The notes under the pieces: generated by a model
What the model saw: the letters and a program-made list of their open reading frames with translations, nothing else
What the model was told of the DNA's origin: nothing
Database searches by the model: none
In this document: positions 9,810-19,957 of the stretch, piece after piece
How positions within the stretch are numbered: position 1 is the first letter of the stretch
Layout of the letters: each line of letters begins with the position of its first letter
Translations under genes and position numbers: made by a program
Source: an uncultured Verrucomicrobiae bacterium
GTDB taxonomy: Bacteria; Verrucomicrobiota; Verrucomicrobiia; Chthoniobacterales; JAFAMB01
NCBI GenBank assembly: GCA_963837955.1
Contig: CAWIPH010000002.1
Coordinates: forward strand, 1,536,001 to 1,600,000
Reading direction: 5' to 3'
DNA: 64,000 nucleotides

Positions 9810-10316
9810 TCACCTTGGGCCGATGCCGTACGCGGTTAACCAAAAGCCGCGCGGCGCCTTGTACTCGAACTCGAAGCTGAACTCGGCGTTCGCGTCTTGC
9901 CACATGAGCGTGTAGTGATCGTCACTAATTTTCTGCGGCTTCGCACGAGAAACATGCGCGCGCATGAAAGGTGTGAAAAACGAGTCGTACTTCGCTAGAA
10001 ACTCGCCTTTGTCCTTGATACCGATGGTTTCGACATTGCCTTTGCGCTCGACCGACCAGTCGTTCACGGGAAACGCAATGAGATCGGCTATTTTGTTCTT
10101 ATCATTAGCGCTGACCGCGGCCAGAAACTCAGCGTAAAAACCACGAAATTCCGACTCATGTGATTTCTGCGCCTGACCGCGGCAAGGCGCCACGAAGAAC
10201 ATCATTAGGATAGGCAGGAAAATCTTTGCGGCCAGTTTCGCGCAAGGGACGAAGGAGTGGCGTGATTGCAGACGGTTCACGCCGTTTCTTGTTGGTTGAT
10301 CTGTTTCCGTGCGCAT
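9810..10316 (-). CDS. hypothetical exported protein
   Basis: 168-aa ORF with hydrophobic segment then NTF2-like F..FY..FL.AV...DK..IADLI.FP pattern; start uncertain. Confidence 0.6.
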   Translation of the reverse strand: MRTETDQPTRNGVNRLQSRHSFVPCAKLAAKIFLPILMMFFVAPCRGQAQKSHESEFRGFYAEFLAAVSANDKNKIADLIAFPVNDWSVERKGNVETIGIKDKGEFLAKYDSFFTPFMRAHVSRAKPQKISDDHYTLMWQDANAEFSFEFEYKAPRGFWLTAYGIGPR

Positions 10317-10651
10317 AGCCTGACTTTGTGTTTTTATCGGATCGGATTTGTTTAATCAGTAGCCGATACGAAAGGACACCCTCGCGCAGAGCGCATCGAA
10401 CTCTAGCTAGATCTAATCGGAACTGTCGGCATGGAGATTAGCTATTTTGTCGGTCGGACTTCAAGATTTGTCAAAAAACTACCCCAATTAACCGGTCCGT
10501 TACCGATTTTGATTTGTAGAATCTCATGAAAAGCATTTAACACAGATAAAAAACGTGTGTGGAGTTTTTAGACATGACCCCTTTAGACGACTACTGGGTG
10601 ATCAACGACGCCTCATCACGGAGTTTCAAACGACGGAGCGAAGTTGGAGAG

Positions 10652-10897
10652 CGCCGGGAACCGTCCCGCAGGGACGCAATGAAAGTAGCCCAGCACTTCA
10701 GTGCTGGGAAATGGTGCAAAGAGGCGCCCGTCCCGGAGGGACGATCGAACCGTTGCCCCTTCGCGTGGGATGCGAGTTCAATGAACGTAAGCAGTGATCG
10801 ATCGTCCCTACCGGGACGGACTGCCTTCAAAAAAACGTTAACCCAGCACTTCGTACTGGGCTACTTTCATTGAGTCCCTGCGGGACGGTGCCCGGCG
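10652..10897. repeat. REPIN/MITE-like family 2, copy 3
   Basis: Same inverted arms (AATGAAAGTAGCCCAG...CTGGGCTACTTTCATT) and internal CGTCCC..GGGACG hairpins; divergent centre. Confidence 0.88.
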
Positions 10898-10986
10898 TTA
10901 GAAAAGCCGCCGTGCTTTTACAGAGGACCCCTTTTCACGACGACTCAATCGAAAGAATCGATTGCAAGTGATCGGAAGGTCTTTAG

Positions 10987-12441
10987 ATGAGTTGCATGGG
11001 CGAGACCATTGTTATCGACGCAGCTGGTTCAACCACCCCGTTCCCCCATTTTTGGGAGCACATGTTCGGCTCCTGTCACGCTTCGGTGACCCTTTGCGAG
11101 GACTGGCGGAACGACTTGCGAATGCTTAAAGAGATCGTTGACGTAAAATATGTCAGGTTTCACGGCATCTTTGAACGGTCTGTGGGCATCTACGACCGCG
11201 AAGACAAAGACGGTAATCTGATACTGAATTTTACCCGCGTTGATCTGATCTATGACGGACTGCTCAAGAACGGCGTGCGTCCCTTCATCGAACTCGGATT
11301 CATGCCGGAGGAGCTGGCCAAGACGCAAGCCGTTCATCCATTCTGGTATCATCCCACCGTGGCGCCTCCCCGGGATCCGCAGAAATGGTATCAGCTTATC
11401 CTTCTGTTTGCTCAACACCTGGTTGACCGATACGGACTAGCCGAGGTCTCCGATTGGTACTTCGAAGTTTGGAACGAGCCGAATATCAATTTCTGGGCGG
11501 GCGAGCCCAAAGAAGAAACCTACTACGACCTCTACGACCTAACGGCACGCGCTCTCAAAGCGGTCAGCCCTCTATTGAGAGTCGGCGGACCCGCTACGGC
11601 GCAAGCCGCTTGGGTAGATCGCTTCCTCCAGCATTGCGACGAAAACGATGTGCCAGTTGATTTCGTCTCGACCCATATTTATCCGAACGACACGGCGCTG
11701 AATGTCTTTGGGAAAGAGGAAAAGATCCCGCAATCGGAGATGGTCGCTCGAGCGGTTCGAAAGATTTACCATGAAGTAAAGGCGTCGGCTAAGCCAGATT
11801 TGCCGATCATCTGGAGCGAATACAATGCTGGATTCGACCACGTGGAATTGGATTCGCCATACGTCGGTAGTTGGCTCGCCAACAACATCCGCCAGTGTTC
11901 AGGTGGGTTAGTAACCGAGATGTCCTATTGGACGTTCACCGATGCTTTCTTTGAAGAAGGCGGCGTTTTTAAGAGCCCTTTTTCAAAAGGGTTTGGCCTG
12001 ATCGCAACAGGCGGAATTCCCAAAGCCTCTTTTTACGCTTTCAAAATTTTGCGGCGCTTGGGTGATCAGCAATTGGCATTGAACCACCCATCGGCTCTGG
12101 CGACTGTTCGATCCGTCGATCATTCAGTGGTAACGGCTATTTGGAACTATACCCCTCCTACCGAGACTGGTTTTGCCAAAAGATTCGATATCCAGTTAAG
12201 AGGAGCGCCCCAGACTAGGTATGCCAGGATTCATCTAGTCGACGAAGATCATGGATCGCCACTCAAAGAGTGGGAGGCGATGGGGAGCCCGTCTTTTCCT
12301 AGTTTGCAACAGCAAGCCAAGCTGCGTCTGGTTGGTGAACAGTCGCTAGCTGAAGGCGTGACTGTCGTACAAAAAGACCCAACCAACCTGTCGCTCACAC
12401 TGAAACCGAACGCGTTAGTGGTGGTGGAATTCGAACGGTAG
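10987..12441 (+). CDS. glycoside hydrolase family 39 (beta-xylosidase-like)
   Basis: YVRFHGIF, RPFIELGFMP, FEVWNEPN (acid/base), VGGPATA, DFVSTH.Y, WSEYN (nucleophile). Confidence 0.92.
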   Translation: MSCMGETIVIDAAGSTTPFPHFWEHMFGSCHASVTLCEDWRNDLRMLKEIVDVKYVRFHGIFERSVGIYDREDKDGNLILNFTRVDLIYDGLLKNGVRPFIELGFMPEELAKTQAVHPFWYHPTVAPPRDPQKWYQLILLFAQHLVDRYGLAEVSDWYFEVWNEPNINFWAGEPKEETYYDLYDLTARALKAVSPLLRVGGPATAQAAWVDRFLQHCDENDVPVDFVSTHIYPNDTALNVFGKEEKIPQSEMVARAVRKIYHEVKASAKPDLPIIWSEYNAGFDHVELDSPYVGSWLANNIRQCSGGLVTEMSYWTFTDAFFEEGGVFKSPFSKGFGLIATGGIPKASFYAFKILRRLGDQQLALNHPSALATVRSVDHSVVTAIWNYTPPTETGFAKRFDIQLRGAPQTRYARIHLVDEDHGSPLKEWEAMGSPSFPSLQQQAKLRLVGEQSLAEGVTVVQKDPTNLSLTLKPNALVVVEFER

Positions 12442-12526
12442 GAGAGAGGACTTCGATCTCGGTACGCCGACGTGTCCGACGAAGCCTTCCCGTTGCTCGA
12501 ACTACGGCTAATGGGTGGCGAAGTCG

Positions 12527-12859
12527 GAAGGCGTTAGAGGACTCAGCCCGGGGTGGAGGCTTTGCGCAACCCCGGGTAACCCAAAAAATGCGCGTCCGCT
12601 CTGACGCGTCCCGCCGAAGGCCTTGCGAAGGAGGAAGGAGCCCAAGAAACCTTCAAAAAACCTTGGTTACGGCAGCAGCAATCTGTAGAGGCCGACGCTA
12701 AGTAAGGGGATCTGGAAGGGGCGTTCATGTTGTCGATCGAGCCAGTAATGAGCGCCGTTCTGCCAGATGGTCTTGCGCTCTTTCAGAGCGGACGCGAATT
12801 TTTGAGTTACCCGGGGTTGCGCAAAGCCTCCACCCCGGGCTGAGTCCTCTAACGCCTTC
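12527..12859. repeat. long inverted-repeat element (REPIN-like family 3)
   Basis: ~77-bp arms GAAGGCGTTAGAGGACTCAGCCCGGGGTGGAGGCTTTGCGCAACCCCGGGTAAC... at 12527-12604 and reverse complement at 12783-12859, between convergent genes. Confidence 0.85.
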
Positions 12860-12927
12860 GGCGTAGGGACGCGCTCCCGCGCGTCCGGTTATGAACGGAC
12901 AAGCCGGAGCTCGTAGACCCCTTTAGA

Positions 12928-15900
12928 TCAGTGCCAGAACGGTGCTGGTGGTTCACGTATGATGATCGATAATGGTCGGTGCGGCTCGTCTCGCTCGACC
13001 CACACTGTGATGCGGAGTCGCTCCCGCCAGGCACGCTCGGTCAATTCTTCTATCTCCTTCTCGCGGCTGAAGAATTTGCGTTCACCATCTTCTGTCTCCA
13101 GCAGAAAGCCCTCAAAATCACCAAACTGATCGAAGATCAAACCGGCAATCTTGCCGGTGAAACCCTTTCGCTCCTCACGTTCACGCTCTTCCTCTTCTTC
13201 CTCTCCGGGATGTCGATGTTTCCGTCGGCCTTCTCCAGTGGGCGAGGGCAGGATTTGGGTTGGATCGCCCCCAAAGGAGGTCACCCGACCCGCGATCTGC
13301 TCAAGATAGCGCCGGAAGGCGAGGTACCAGCGGTTGTGGTGCGGAATGGCTTCGGCTATCCATCGCAGTACCGACAGATCTCGCTCCTCTCGCTCAAGCA
13401 GCACTCCCTTCGTTCTCACCGGGATGGTGAGCTGGAATGCACCCAAAACGCGCCGCCATTCGATCTCGGCTGGCACTGCCACTGCTGCCGCACGTCGACG
13501 CGCCCCGATCTGGGGCGGCGGCACGCCGAAGGCGTTGGTCACTTGCCGAACAACAACATTAAAGACTTCGCTTTTTCGGACCGTTTTTGGCAGTTCGACT
13601 GACAGTAGGCCCGTGTAGTTGATGCTTGCTCCCGGTGGAATCGGAACGTAGGTGATACCGCCTGTCTGGCATTGCAGAGTGTGGTCGTCGGCACGCGCCA
13701 GCCGATGCGACGAGTACATCTTGTGTGCCATGGCAAGAACGTCGGCCACCTTGACAGCGGGCAAATAGATTTGCGCCGAACTGCCCTTAGGAATGTTCCC
13801 CCAATCAATCATCAACTCATCAGGCGTCTGGTCGGGTGGCAAACCTGCTGGCGTCGGCCGGACTTCGAATGTGCTCAACGCTTGCGCGGACCCAACATCG
13901 CTCCACGCAAGATTGCGCTGGGCGAGCTTGTCCCAGTTCGATGGATCCTTACCGATTGGAATTGCTACCGGATCAAACGCAATCTCCGCGATCAGGCACT
14001 GATGCAGATTGCGCAAGATCGCCTGCTGGATCGGCAGTGGCGGGTTTCCGGGGTCGGTGAATGGACCGTCGACGTTCGTTGCCGGCACTTGGCCTGGAAG
14101 AGCGTTGTTGGCGGTCACGCCATCCGGCTTGAACGGCTGATTGATATCCAGCCAGCAGCCGTAGAACAGATCGACCTCGGAACCGTCCGCATGGGCAATG
14201 AAAGTCTGCACGTTATAGGGATCATCGGTTTGCTGGTCCATTCCGACCGCTGTTGAATCAATGCGCGGCGCCGCGAAACACGGGATCGTGACGTATTCGT
14301 TGCCCTGAATCCCGGCGAGTGGAATCGGTTGTCCATCGGGATTACTCGATGCGCGCCGGTACGTTGTGGAAGGATCAAAAGCTGCCGAGGTGGTCTGGGC
14401 CTGAAACAGACGAAAGAAGACCCGCACGTTTGTCGCACCGATCAGGCCAATGTAGTGCACCTTGGCCAGCGCAAAATTGAAAACTTGTTGGCCACTGCCC
14501 ATCGGTCCGTCGGTCGGGTTAACGAAAAGCTTGGCTGATTCATCAGTCGGAAGGCTGTCGAATGTGTCCCCGCCAGCCGTACCGTTGCCCGCCGTCAAGG
14601 CTGCAATTACCTGCTGGATGAAGCCGGGAGCTGCCGAGGCATCGGTACCCATGGTCACGCCAAATTTCGTTTCCGCTGCCCTGACGACAAATACGCGCAG
14701 ATCGACACTTAGCCAGGCAGGATCGCCATGCAAAATAAATGGGTCAGGCTGCTTGATCAGCTCGATCTGCCCGGCGGCTGGTATGCCGCCGGCCGTCACG
14801 TTCAGGGTAACAAACTCGGTCGCCTGAGCGAAGTTGAATGCACTGTCGTCCGGGAAGTCGATATCGTAGTAGAAGGTGAAGCGCTGGACCTCCGCACCAT
14901 AATCGCCGTTGTCCGACGTGTTGCCGGTACAGTTGATGATCATGCCGGCGACCGGCGATGCCACGGTCAATATAGAATTAGATCCGGTGATCCCCAATTC
15001 GCCCGCAGCAAAGCCGTCGACAACGACACGGAAAGCATCTGGTACAGGCAGCCCACCGAGAGAATTGGGCGGTTGCAGGCGCCTTGCATCAATCTCGTCC
15101 TGGCCCAGAGTGCTGCGTTCAATGATGAAAGCACAGTTCTTGATGCTGTTCCGAACCCAGAGACAAAAGGCGAGTAGACCGCTAGTGATCTCCTGAATGA
15201 TGTTCTGCATTTCGGCGTAAGGCGGCTGGAATTGGGTTCCCCATTCCAGCGTGTAGGAAATCACGTTCTGCTTACTGGGATCGACGAAATGCCGGCTGTA
15301 CGCATAATCGTCCGAGGTCCCTGCGGTCGGGTAGAGGTTGAAGGATGGTTTGACCGTATAGTTCGTGCCGCGGAATGCCTGAATGCCATCGTGGAAAGTG
15401 TTGGCGAGGCCGAGGCCAGTCGATAGATCGTTGGCTGGAATGTATTCCTTGTAGGCGTCGCCGGCCACGCCTCGCATGCCGTCAAAAGCCGGGTTGCGGA
15501 AGTTCATGGTGGGGTCGGCGGTCTGATCTTCGTCATCCCCCCAGCTATACAATATGTCTTGGCCGTAGCTGTGCAGGTCCACGAAGAACCCTACATTCGG
15601 AAAGTTGTCGAAGACCCATTTCGCGTTGCTGCTCTCCGGCTCGGAGAAGGCGCTCGGACCATTGTACAACTGGTAGTCGCAAGGATCGGTGGAATCCACG
15701 ATGCCTGAGCCCGGAACGTTAAAGTACACAGGGAAATTCCAAAGGAAGTCGTAGTTGCGGTTGACGTCGACACCTGTGCATGCGGCGGAGTTGGGTGCCG
15801 CCGTGCGGCGGTTCTTCCGCCAATAGGCCTCCGTGTTCATGCTGTAGTTACGGCCGTCGGGGTTGGCTTGCGGAAATACGACGATATCGAGCGTATTGAC

Positions 15901-16215
15901 GATGGTCTGGATGTCAGCGGCCGTGAACGTCTTGCTGCCGAAAGTCAGACTGGTGCCGTTCTGGTACGCCTGTTCCAACTGTTCGATGAAGTTGATGAGA
16001 ATATCCGCGCTACCCCACTCGCGCGAGTGGATGCCACCGAGGAAATAGACGCCCGGGCGGCTCGACCCGCTGCCGTTCGCAATCTTGATTGCGTGGCACT
16101 GGCGGCCTTCCCAGGTGAGACTCGGTAGCGTAATGAGCTGGGTGAATCCGGTATAAGGAGAGGAGGTCGCGACCGAAAGCGCCGACTCCACCTCGGTGAT
16201 ATTCAGATAGGGCAT
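12928..16215 (-). CDS. M14 zinc carboxypeptidase with ~730-aa uncharacterised C-terminal region
   Basis: GIHSREW (HxxE), NPDG, WRKNRR, GVDVNRNY, FSEPE, DLHSY, YTLEW; no signal peptide or pro-domain at the N-terminus. Confidence 0.9.
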   Translation of the reverse strand: MPYLNITEVESALSVATSSPYTGFTQLITLPSLTWEGRQCHAIKIANGSGSSRPGVYFLGGIHSREWGSADILINFIEQLEQAYQNGTSLTFGSKTFTAADIQTIVNTLDIVVFPQANPDGRNYSMNTEAYWRKNRRTAAPNSAACTGVDVNRNYDFLWNFPVYFNVPGSGIVDSTDPCDYQLYNGPSAFSEPESSNAKWVFDNFPNVGFFVDLHSYGQDILYSWGDDEDQTADPTMNFRNPAFDGMRGVAGDAYKEYIPANDLSTGLGLANTFHDGIQAFRGTNYTVKPSFNLYPTAGTSDDYAYSRHFVDPSKQNVISYTLEWGTQFQPPYAEMQNIIQEITSGLLAFCLWVRNSIKNCAFIIERSTLGQDEIDARRLQPPNSLGGLPVPDAFRVVVDGFAAGELGITGSNSILTVASPVAGMIINCTGNTSDNGDYGAEVQRFTFYYDIDFPDDSAFNFAQATEFVTLNVTAGGIPAAGQIELIKQPDPFILHGDPAWLSVDLRVFVVRAAETKFGVTMGTDASAAPGFIQQVIAALTAGNGTAGGDTFDSLPTDESAKLFVNPTDGPMGSGQQVFNFALAKVHYIGLIGATNVRVFFRLFQAQTTSAAFDPSTTYRRASSNPDGQPIPLAGIQGNEYVTIPCFAAPRIDSTAVGMDQQTDDPYNVQTFIAHADGSEVDLFYGCWLDINQPFKPDGVTANNALPGQVPATNVDGPFTDPGNPPLPIQQAILRNLHQCLIAEIAFDPVAIPIGKDPSNWDKLAQRNLAWSDVGSAQALSTFEVRPTPAGLPPDQTPDELMIDWGNIPKGSSAQIYLPAVKVADVLAMAHKMYSSHRLARADDHTLQCQTGGITYVPIPPGASINYTGLLSVELPKTVRKSEVFNVVVRQVTNAFGVPPPQIGARRRAAAVAVPAEIEWRRVLGAFQLTIPVRTKGVLLEREERDLSVLRWIAEAIPHHNRWYLAFRRYLEQIAGRVTSFGGDPTQILPSPTGEGRRKHRHPGEEEEEEREREERKGFTGKIAGLIFDQFGDFEGFLLETEDGERKFFSREKEIEELTERAWRERLRITVWVERDEPHRPLSIIIREPPAPFWH

Positions 16216-16233
16216 TCGAGATCCTTTCTTGCG

Positions 16234-16497
16234 CTAGTCATGTTTGTATCGATCGCCGCGCCCGACCTCCTGTTGACGGGCTTTGCCGTCCTTATCTACA
16301 TCTTCATGGCGTTCGACGTGGTAGCCGGCGTTTTTGAGCTTTTGGATATCTGCGGGTTCCGCGATGGTGTCGACGCTGTAGCCAACGGAGTCGGAGTATT
16401 GGCTACCATGATCGAAAACCTGGATCTTAAGTTTGCGGACTAGGTCGAGCATCGCTTCTCTGTCTTTGCTCGTGATGGTAATGCGATAGCGTGGCAT
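16234..16497 (-). CDS. small protein, candidate stand-alone carboxypeptidase pro-/activation domain
   Basis: 87 aa, 18 bp upstream of the M14 gene; alternating beta/alpha pattern ending DIQKLKNAGYHVE, like activation peptides. Confidence 0.65.
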   Translation of the reverse strand: MPRYRITITSKDREAMLDLVRKLKIQVFDHGSQYSDSVGYSVDTIAEPADIQKLKNAGYHVERHEDVDKDGKARQQEVGRGDRYKHD

Positions 16498-16820
16498 TGA
16501 AGAAACGGGGTTAGGGTTGTTGACGTTGTCGTGTCCTTAGCGCGTGGCTTTTTCTTAGCTGGCATACGCCTCTTTAAGGCTGAGAGCCTATCGTCGCTTT
16601 GAACTGGGTATAGAGAGCTATCCTCGAGCGAGACCCTTGACCGAGCGACGCCTAGCGATTGTAGCGCCTGGGGGAGAAGGAAATCGGACGAAGAAAGTTC
16701 CTGCCTCTTCCACGGTAAGGCCCGTATGAAACCTGTCTATACGCATTTCGACGTATCCCTAGGATGGCGTAAATCGCGTGCGTACGTTGAATGTGGCATG
16801 AGCAATGCCTGAAGCTTAGG

Positions 16821-16936
16821 AACGCCGACAACGCCGACAACGCCGACAACGCCGACAACGGACAACGCCGACAACGCCGACAACGCCGACAACGCCGACA
16901 ACGCCGGGAACGCCGGGAACGCCGGGAACGCACGGG
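16821..16936 (+). repeat. 9-bp tandem repeat AACGCCGAC/AACGCCGGG
   Basis: 8 x AACGCCGAC, one degenerate unit, 3 x AACGCCGGG; related units at 7003-7040, 7989-8064, 9772-9811, 17186-17220. Confidence 0.92.
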
Positions 16937-16947
16937 AGCGCCGAGAG

Positions 16948-17177
16948 TCGTCCCGAAGGGACCCAATGAAAGTAGCCCAGTACGAAGTGCTGGGAAATCA
17001 TCCAAAAAGAGACGTCCGTCCCGCAGGGACGATCGAAATGTTTTGGCTCCTGGTCGTCTCGTATGCAACTTCACCAGCGCAAGCAACCGTCGATCGTCCC
17101 ATCCGGGACGGGTCGTTTTTTTGAACGCCACCCAGCACTTCGTACTGGGCTACTTTCATTGGGTCCCTCCGGGACGA
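16948..17177. repeat. REPIN/MITE-like family 2, copy 4
   Basis: Intact element, same internal orientation as copy 1. Confidence 0.9.
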
Positions 17178-17315
17178 GTCCCGTCCGTTGCCGGCGTTGT
17201 CGGCGATGCCGGCGTTCTCCGACTTCGCTCCGTCGTTTGAAACTCCGGCAGGCTTCCTCCTATGCTAAAGCTTCGGAGGACAAGTCGTCGGACAAGCCGG
17301 CGTTACAAAAAGCCG

Positions 17316-18377
17316 TTACCTTCTATTCAAATCCTTCTTCGCGTCTTTGCGTCTTTGCGTGAGATTTTCTGTCGTGCTTTCACGGACAACGAGTTCTGGA
17401 CGCAAGAGCTGCAGCGGCGGCTCGACCGGTTCCCGATTGATCATGCGTAAAAGCATTTCCACGCAGTGTTCTCCTTGCTGGGCGAAATCATGATGAATCG
17501 TGGTCAAAGGTGGCTCAAAGAATCGTGATTCTGGAAGGTCATCGTACCCGACCACGGAAATTTTCTTGGGCACCTGAATATCCCTCGCGTGCAGTGCTCG
17601 TAGGGCGCCCAAAGCCATGTGGTCGTTTCCCGCCACGATCGCCGTGAACGATCCGAAGGCGGAGTCCAGAAGGTGGGTTGTTGCCGCATACCCGCTCTTT
17701 GCACTCCAATCGCCCTCAACCAAGGGTCCCGGTTCCAAGCCAGCGCGTTTGATGGTTTGTGCCCAGGCCTTTCGGCGCTCGTTGGATGCCGACCAAGCCC
17801 GAGGCCCGGCGATGCAAGCGATCCGCCGGTGACCCAAATCAAGCAAGTGCTGAGTGGCAAGCTGAGCTCCCAGCGATTGGTCAACGATCACCGTGGGCAC
17901 GTTTGTAGCGGTCCCACCATCGAGCGTTACAAAGGGCACGCCACGGCAGAGTTTGCGGACGAATTCAACTCTCCCCTCGACGCGCACGCCCAGCACCAGC
18001 CCGTCAATTTGATGCTCGCACAAATCCTCGATCGCTGCGGCCAGTTGAGTTTTACCGGGGCGCTCAATCCCGGCGAACATTAAGTTATAGCCGTGCCGCT
18101 TGGCCGTTTCTTCGATGCTGACCATGACCTGGGCGGGGCCATAGTAGGTGATATTGGTGCCCACCATACCAATCACGCTTGAGCGCCGGGTAGCCAGACG
18201 GCGGGCCACGAGATTGGGCCGGTAATCCAGTTCGGCAATGGCTCGCAGAACCTTCGCGCGGGTTTTTTCGGTAACCAGCTGGCTGCCATTAACCACCCGC
18301 GAAACGGTCTGGTACGACACGCCGCAACGGGCGGCTACATCATCGAGGGTAACACTTCGGGTGGGAGGATTATCCAT
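17316..18377 (-). CDS. LacI-family transcriptional regulator
   Basis: VTLDDVAARCGVSYQTVSRVVN HTH, YRPN..AR.L, ND.MALGA, ISVVGYDD, PPLTTI. Confidence 0.95.
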   Translation of the reverse strand: MDNPPTRSVTLDDVAARCGVSYQTVSRVVNGSQLVTEKTRAKVLRAIAELDYRPNLVARRLATRRSSVIGMVGTNITYYGPAQVMVSIEETAKRHGYNLMFAGIERPGKTQLAAAIEDLCEHQIDGLVLGVRVEGRVEFVRKLCRGVPFVTLDGGTATNVPTVIVDQSLGAQLATQHLLDLGHRRIACIAGPRAWSASNERRKAWAQTIKRAGLEPGPLVEGDWSAKSGYAATTHLLDSAFGSFTAIVAGNDHMALGALRALHARDIQVPKKISVVGYDDLPESRFFEPPLTTIHHDFAQQGEHCVEMLLRMINREPVEPPLQLLRPELVVRESTTENLTQRRKDAKKDLNRR

Positions 18378-18424
18378 TGAAACCGCTTAAAGCTTAGCGG
18401 CGAGCAGGGTTACCGCCAGCAAAA

Positions 18425-18488
18425 TTGTGGGCGCTCACAAAAAATGCTTGCATCCGGTTGACTTTAAGTCCAAATGTGGGCGCCCACA
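18425..18488. promoter_or_regulatory. two lacO-like operators
   Basis: TTGTGGGCGCTCACAA (18425-18440) and perfect palindrome TGTGGGCGCCCACA (18475-18488) between the divergent lacI-like and ABC genes; resemble symmetric lacO TGTGAGCGCTCACA. Confidence 0.8.
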
Positions 18489-18511
18489 ATTTGCGGGCTG
18501 TTTCCTCCATT

Positions 18512-19912
18512 ATGAACAATTCTAACGTTTTCCGTTCGGTTTCACAGCTTCCCCGCACCCGCCAGATCGGTTTCCTCTTGCTTTCGGCGATAGCGGTGTT
18601 CGTTCTCGGGCTGCCGCTCTTGTCGGCTAGCGCTCAACAGGCATTCAAGGAACCTGAGTACAGCAAGTTTAAAGCAGAGGACGGCCCGATTACCCTGGAG
18701 GTATGGTCGTGGGTTGGGGGTTTGGACAAAGCCGCCAAGCTTTTTGAGGAGGCGTACCCCAACATCAAAGTGCACGTCAACAACGTCGGCGGCGGCCCGA
18801 CCGAATACCAGAAACTACAGACCGCAATCAAAGCTGGTTCCGGCGGACCAGATGTCGCCCAGGTCGAGTTTATGTTCCTACCGTCTATGATCGTGACCGA
18901 TGGCCTGGCCGACCTGTCCCAATACGGAGCGAATGACATTAAATCTTATTTTGTGCCTTGGACCTGGGGTCAGGTGTCTCCCGACGGAAAGGCCGTCTTC
19001 GGTATCCCGCAGGACAGCGGACCGATGGCATTGCTCTATAACAAAAAGATTTTCGACCAGTACGGACTCACGGTGCCAACAACTTGGGATGAGTTCGCCC
19101 AGCAGGCTGAAAACCTCGCTCAGGCCAGCGCCGGCAAAGTGAAACTGGTGAACTTCTTTCCGACGCACGCTCCATGGTTCCTTAGCCTGGCCTGGGCCAA
19201 CGGCGCCGAATTGTTCCAAACGAAAGGGGACACCTGGAGCCAGTCACTTAACAGTCCGGCCTGCGAGAAGGTGCTCACCTACTGGGACGGACTAATCAAG
19301 AAGAAGTACGTGTCGACGATACCTGGGTTCACTGCGGAGTTCTACAACGCGATCGGTTCGGACCAGATCGCCACCTCGATCGAAGCGGCCTGGGGACCTG
19401 GAGTGCTGGCCGCTTCGCTTAACGACCGGACCTCTGGTGAGTGGCGGGTCGCCCCGCTGCCCCAGTGGACTAAGGATCAGCCGTTTCATAGCGGCAACTG
19501 GGGAGGCAGCTGTAACGTCGTGCTGAAGCAGTCGAAGCACTTGAAAGCCGCTACCCTTTTCTCAGTTTGGTTGAACACCGCCAAAGGTCCTATTCTCAGT
19601 AACTGGAATAATTATGGGCTCTTTCCAGCAGCCACTGCCGGACTCGCTTCGCCCGATCTTAACCAGCCGGACAAAAACCCGGGCAAATTCTGTGGCGGGC
19701 AAAATGTGGCGGAAGTCTACGTTCAGGCATCCAATGCGGTTAACGCTGACTTTGCTTGGGCTCCTTGGTTCGCCTTCGTGAACGACAACTATAACAAGCA
19801 AATTGATGCGTTACTTAACGGGAAGGCAACGCCCAAACAGGCTCTCGACGCCTGGCAGAGCGAGAGCCTTAAGAACGCCGCTGGCGATGGCTACGACATC
19901 AAAGCCAAGTAA
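18512..19912 (+). CDS. sugar ABC transporter substrate-binding protein
   Basis: Signal peptide, TLEVWSW, GPDVAQVE, IPQDSGPMALLYNK, PTTWDEF, WGGS. Confidence 0.92.
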   Translation: MNNSNVFRSVSQLPRTRQIGFLLLSAIAVFVLGLPLLSASAQQAFKEPEYSKFKAEDGPITLEVWSWVGGLDKAAKLFEEAYPNIKVHVNNVGGGPTEYQKLQTAIKAGSGGPDVAQVEFMFLPSMIVTDGLADLSQYGANDIKSYFVPWTWGQVSPDGKAVFGIPQDSGPMALLYNKKIFDQYGLTVPTTWDEFAQQAENLAQASAGKVKLVNFFPTHAPWFLSLAWANGAELFQTKGDTWSQSLNSPACEKVLTYWDGLIKKKYVSTIPGFTAEFYNAIGSDQIATSIEAAWGPGVLAASLNDRTSGEWRVAPLPQWTKDQPFHSGNWGGSCNVVLKQSKHLKAATLFSVWLNTAKGPILSNWNNYGLFPAATAGLASPDLNQPDKNPGKFCGGQNVAEVYVQASNAVNADFAWAPWFAFVNDNYNKQIDALLNGKATPKQALDAWQSESLKNAAGDGYDIKAK

Positions 19913-19957
19913 CTACGCGGCTCAAAGAAACGGGCTTCACTAAATAACCACCAAGCA

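Noticed and set aside
16652..17362. Arg/Cys-rich and NAD-repeat ORFs (RRCRRC, NADNAD)
   Set aside because: They are translations of the 9-bp microsatellite and family-2 repeat. Similar MKVAQYEVLG ORFs recur at the other copies.
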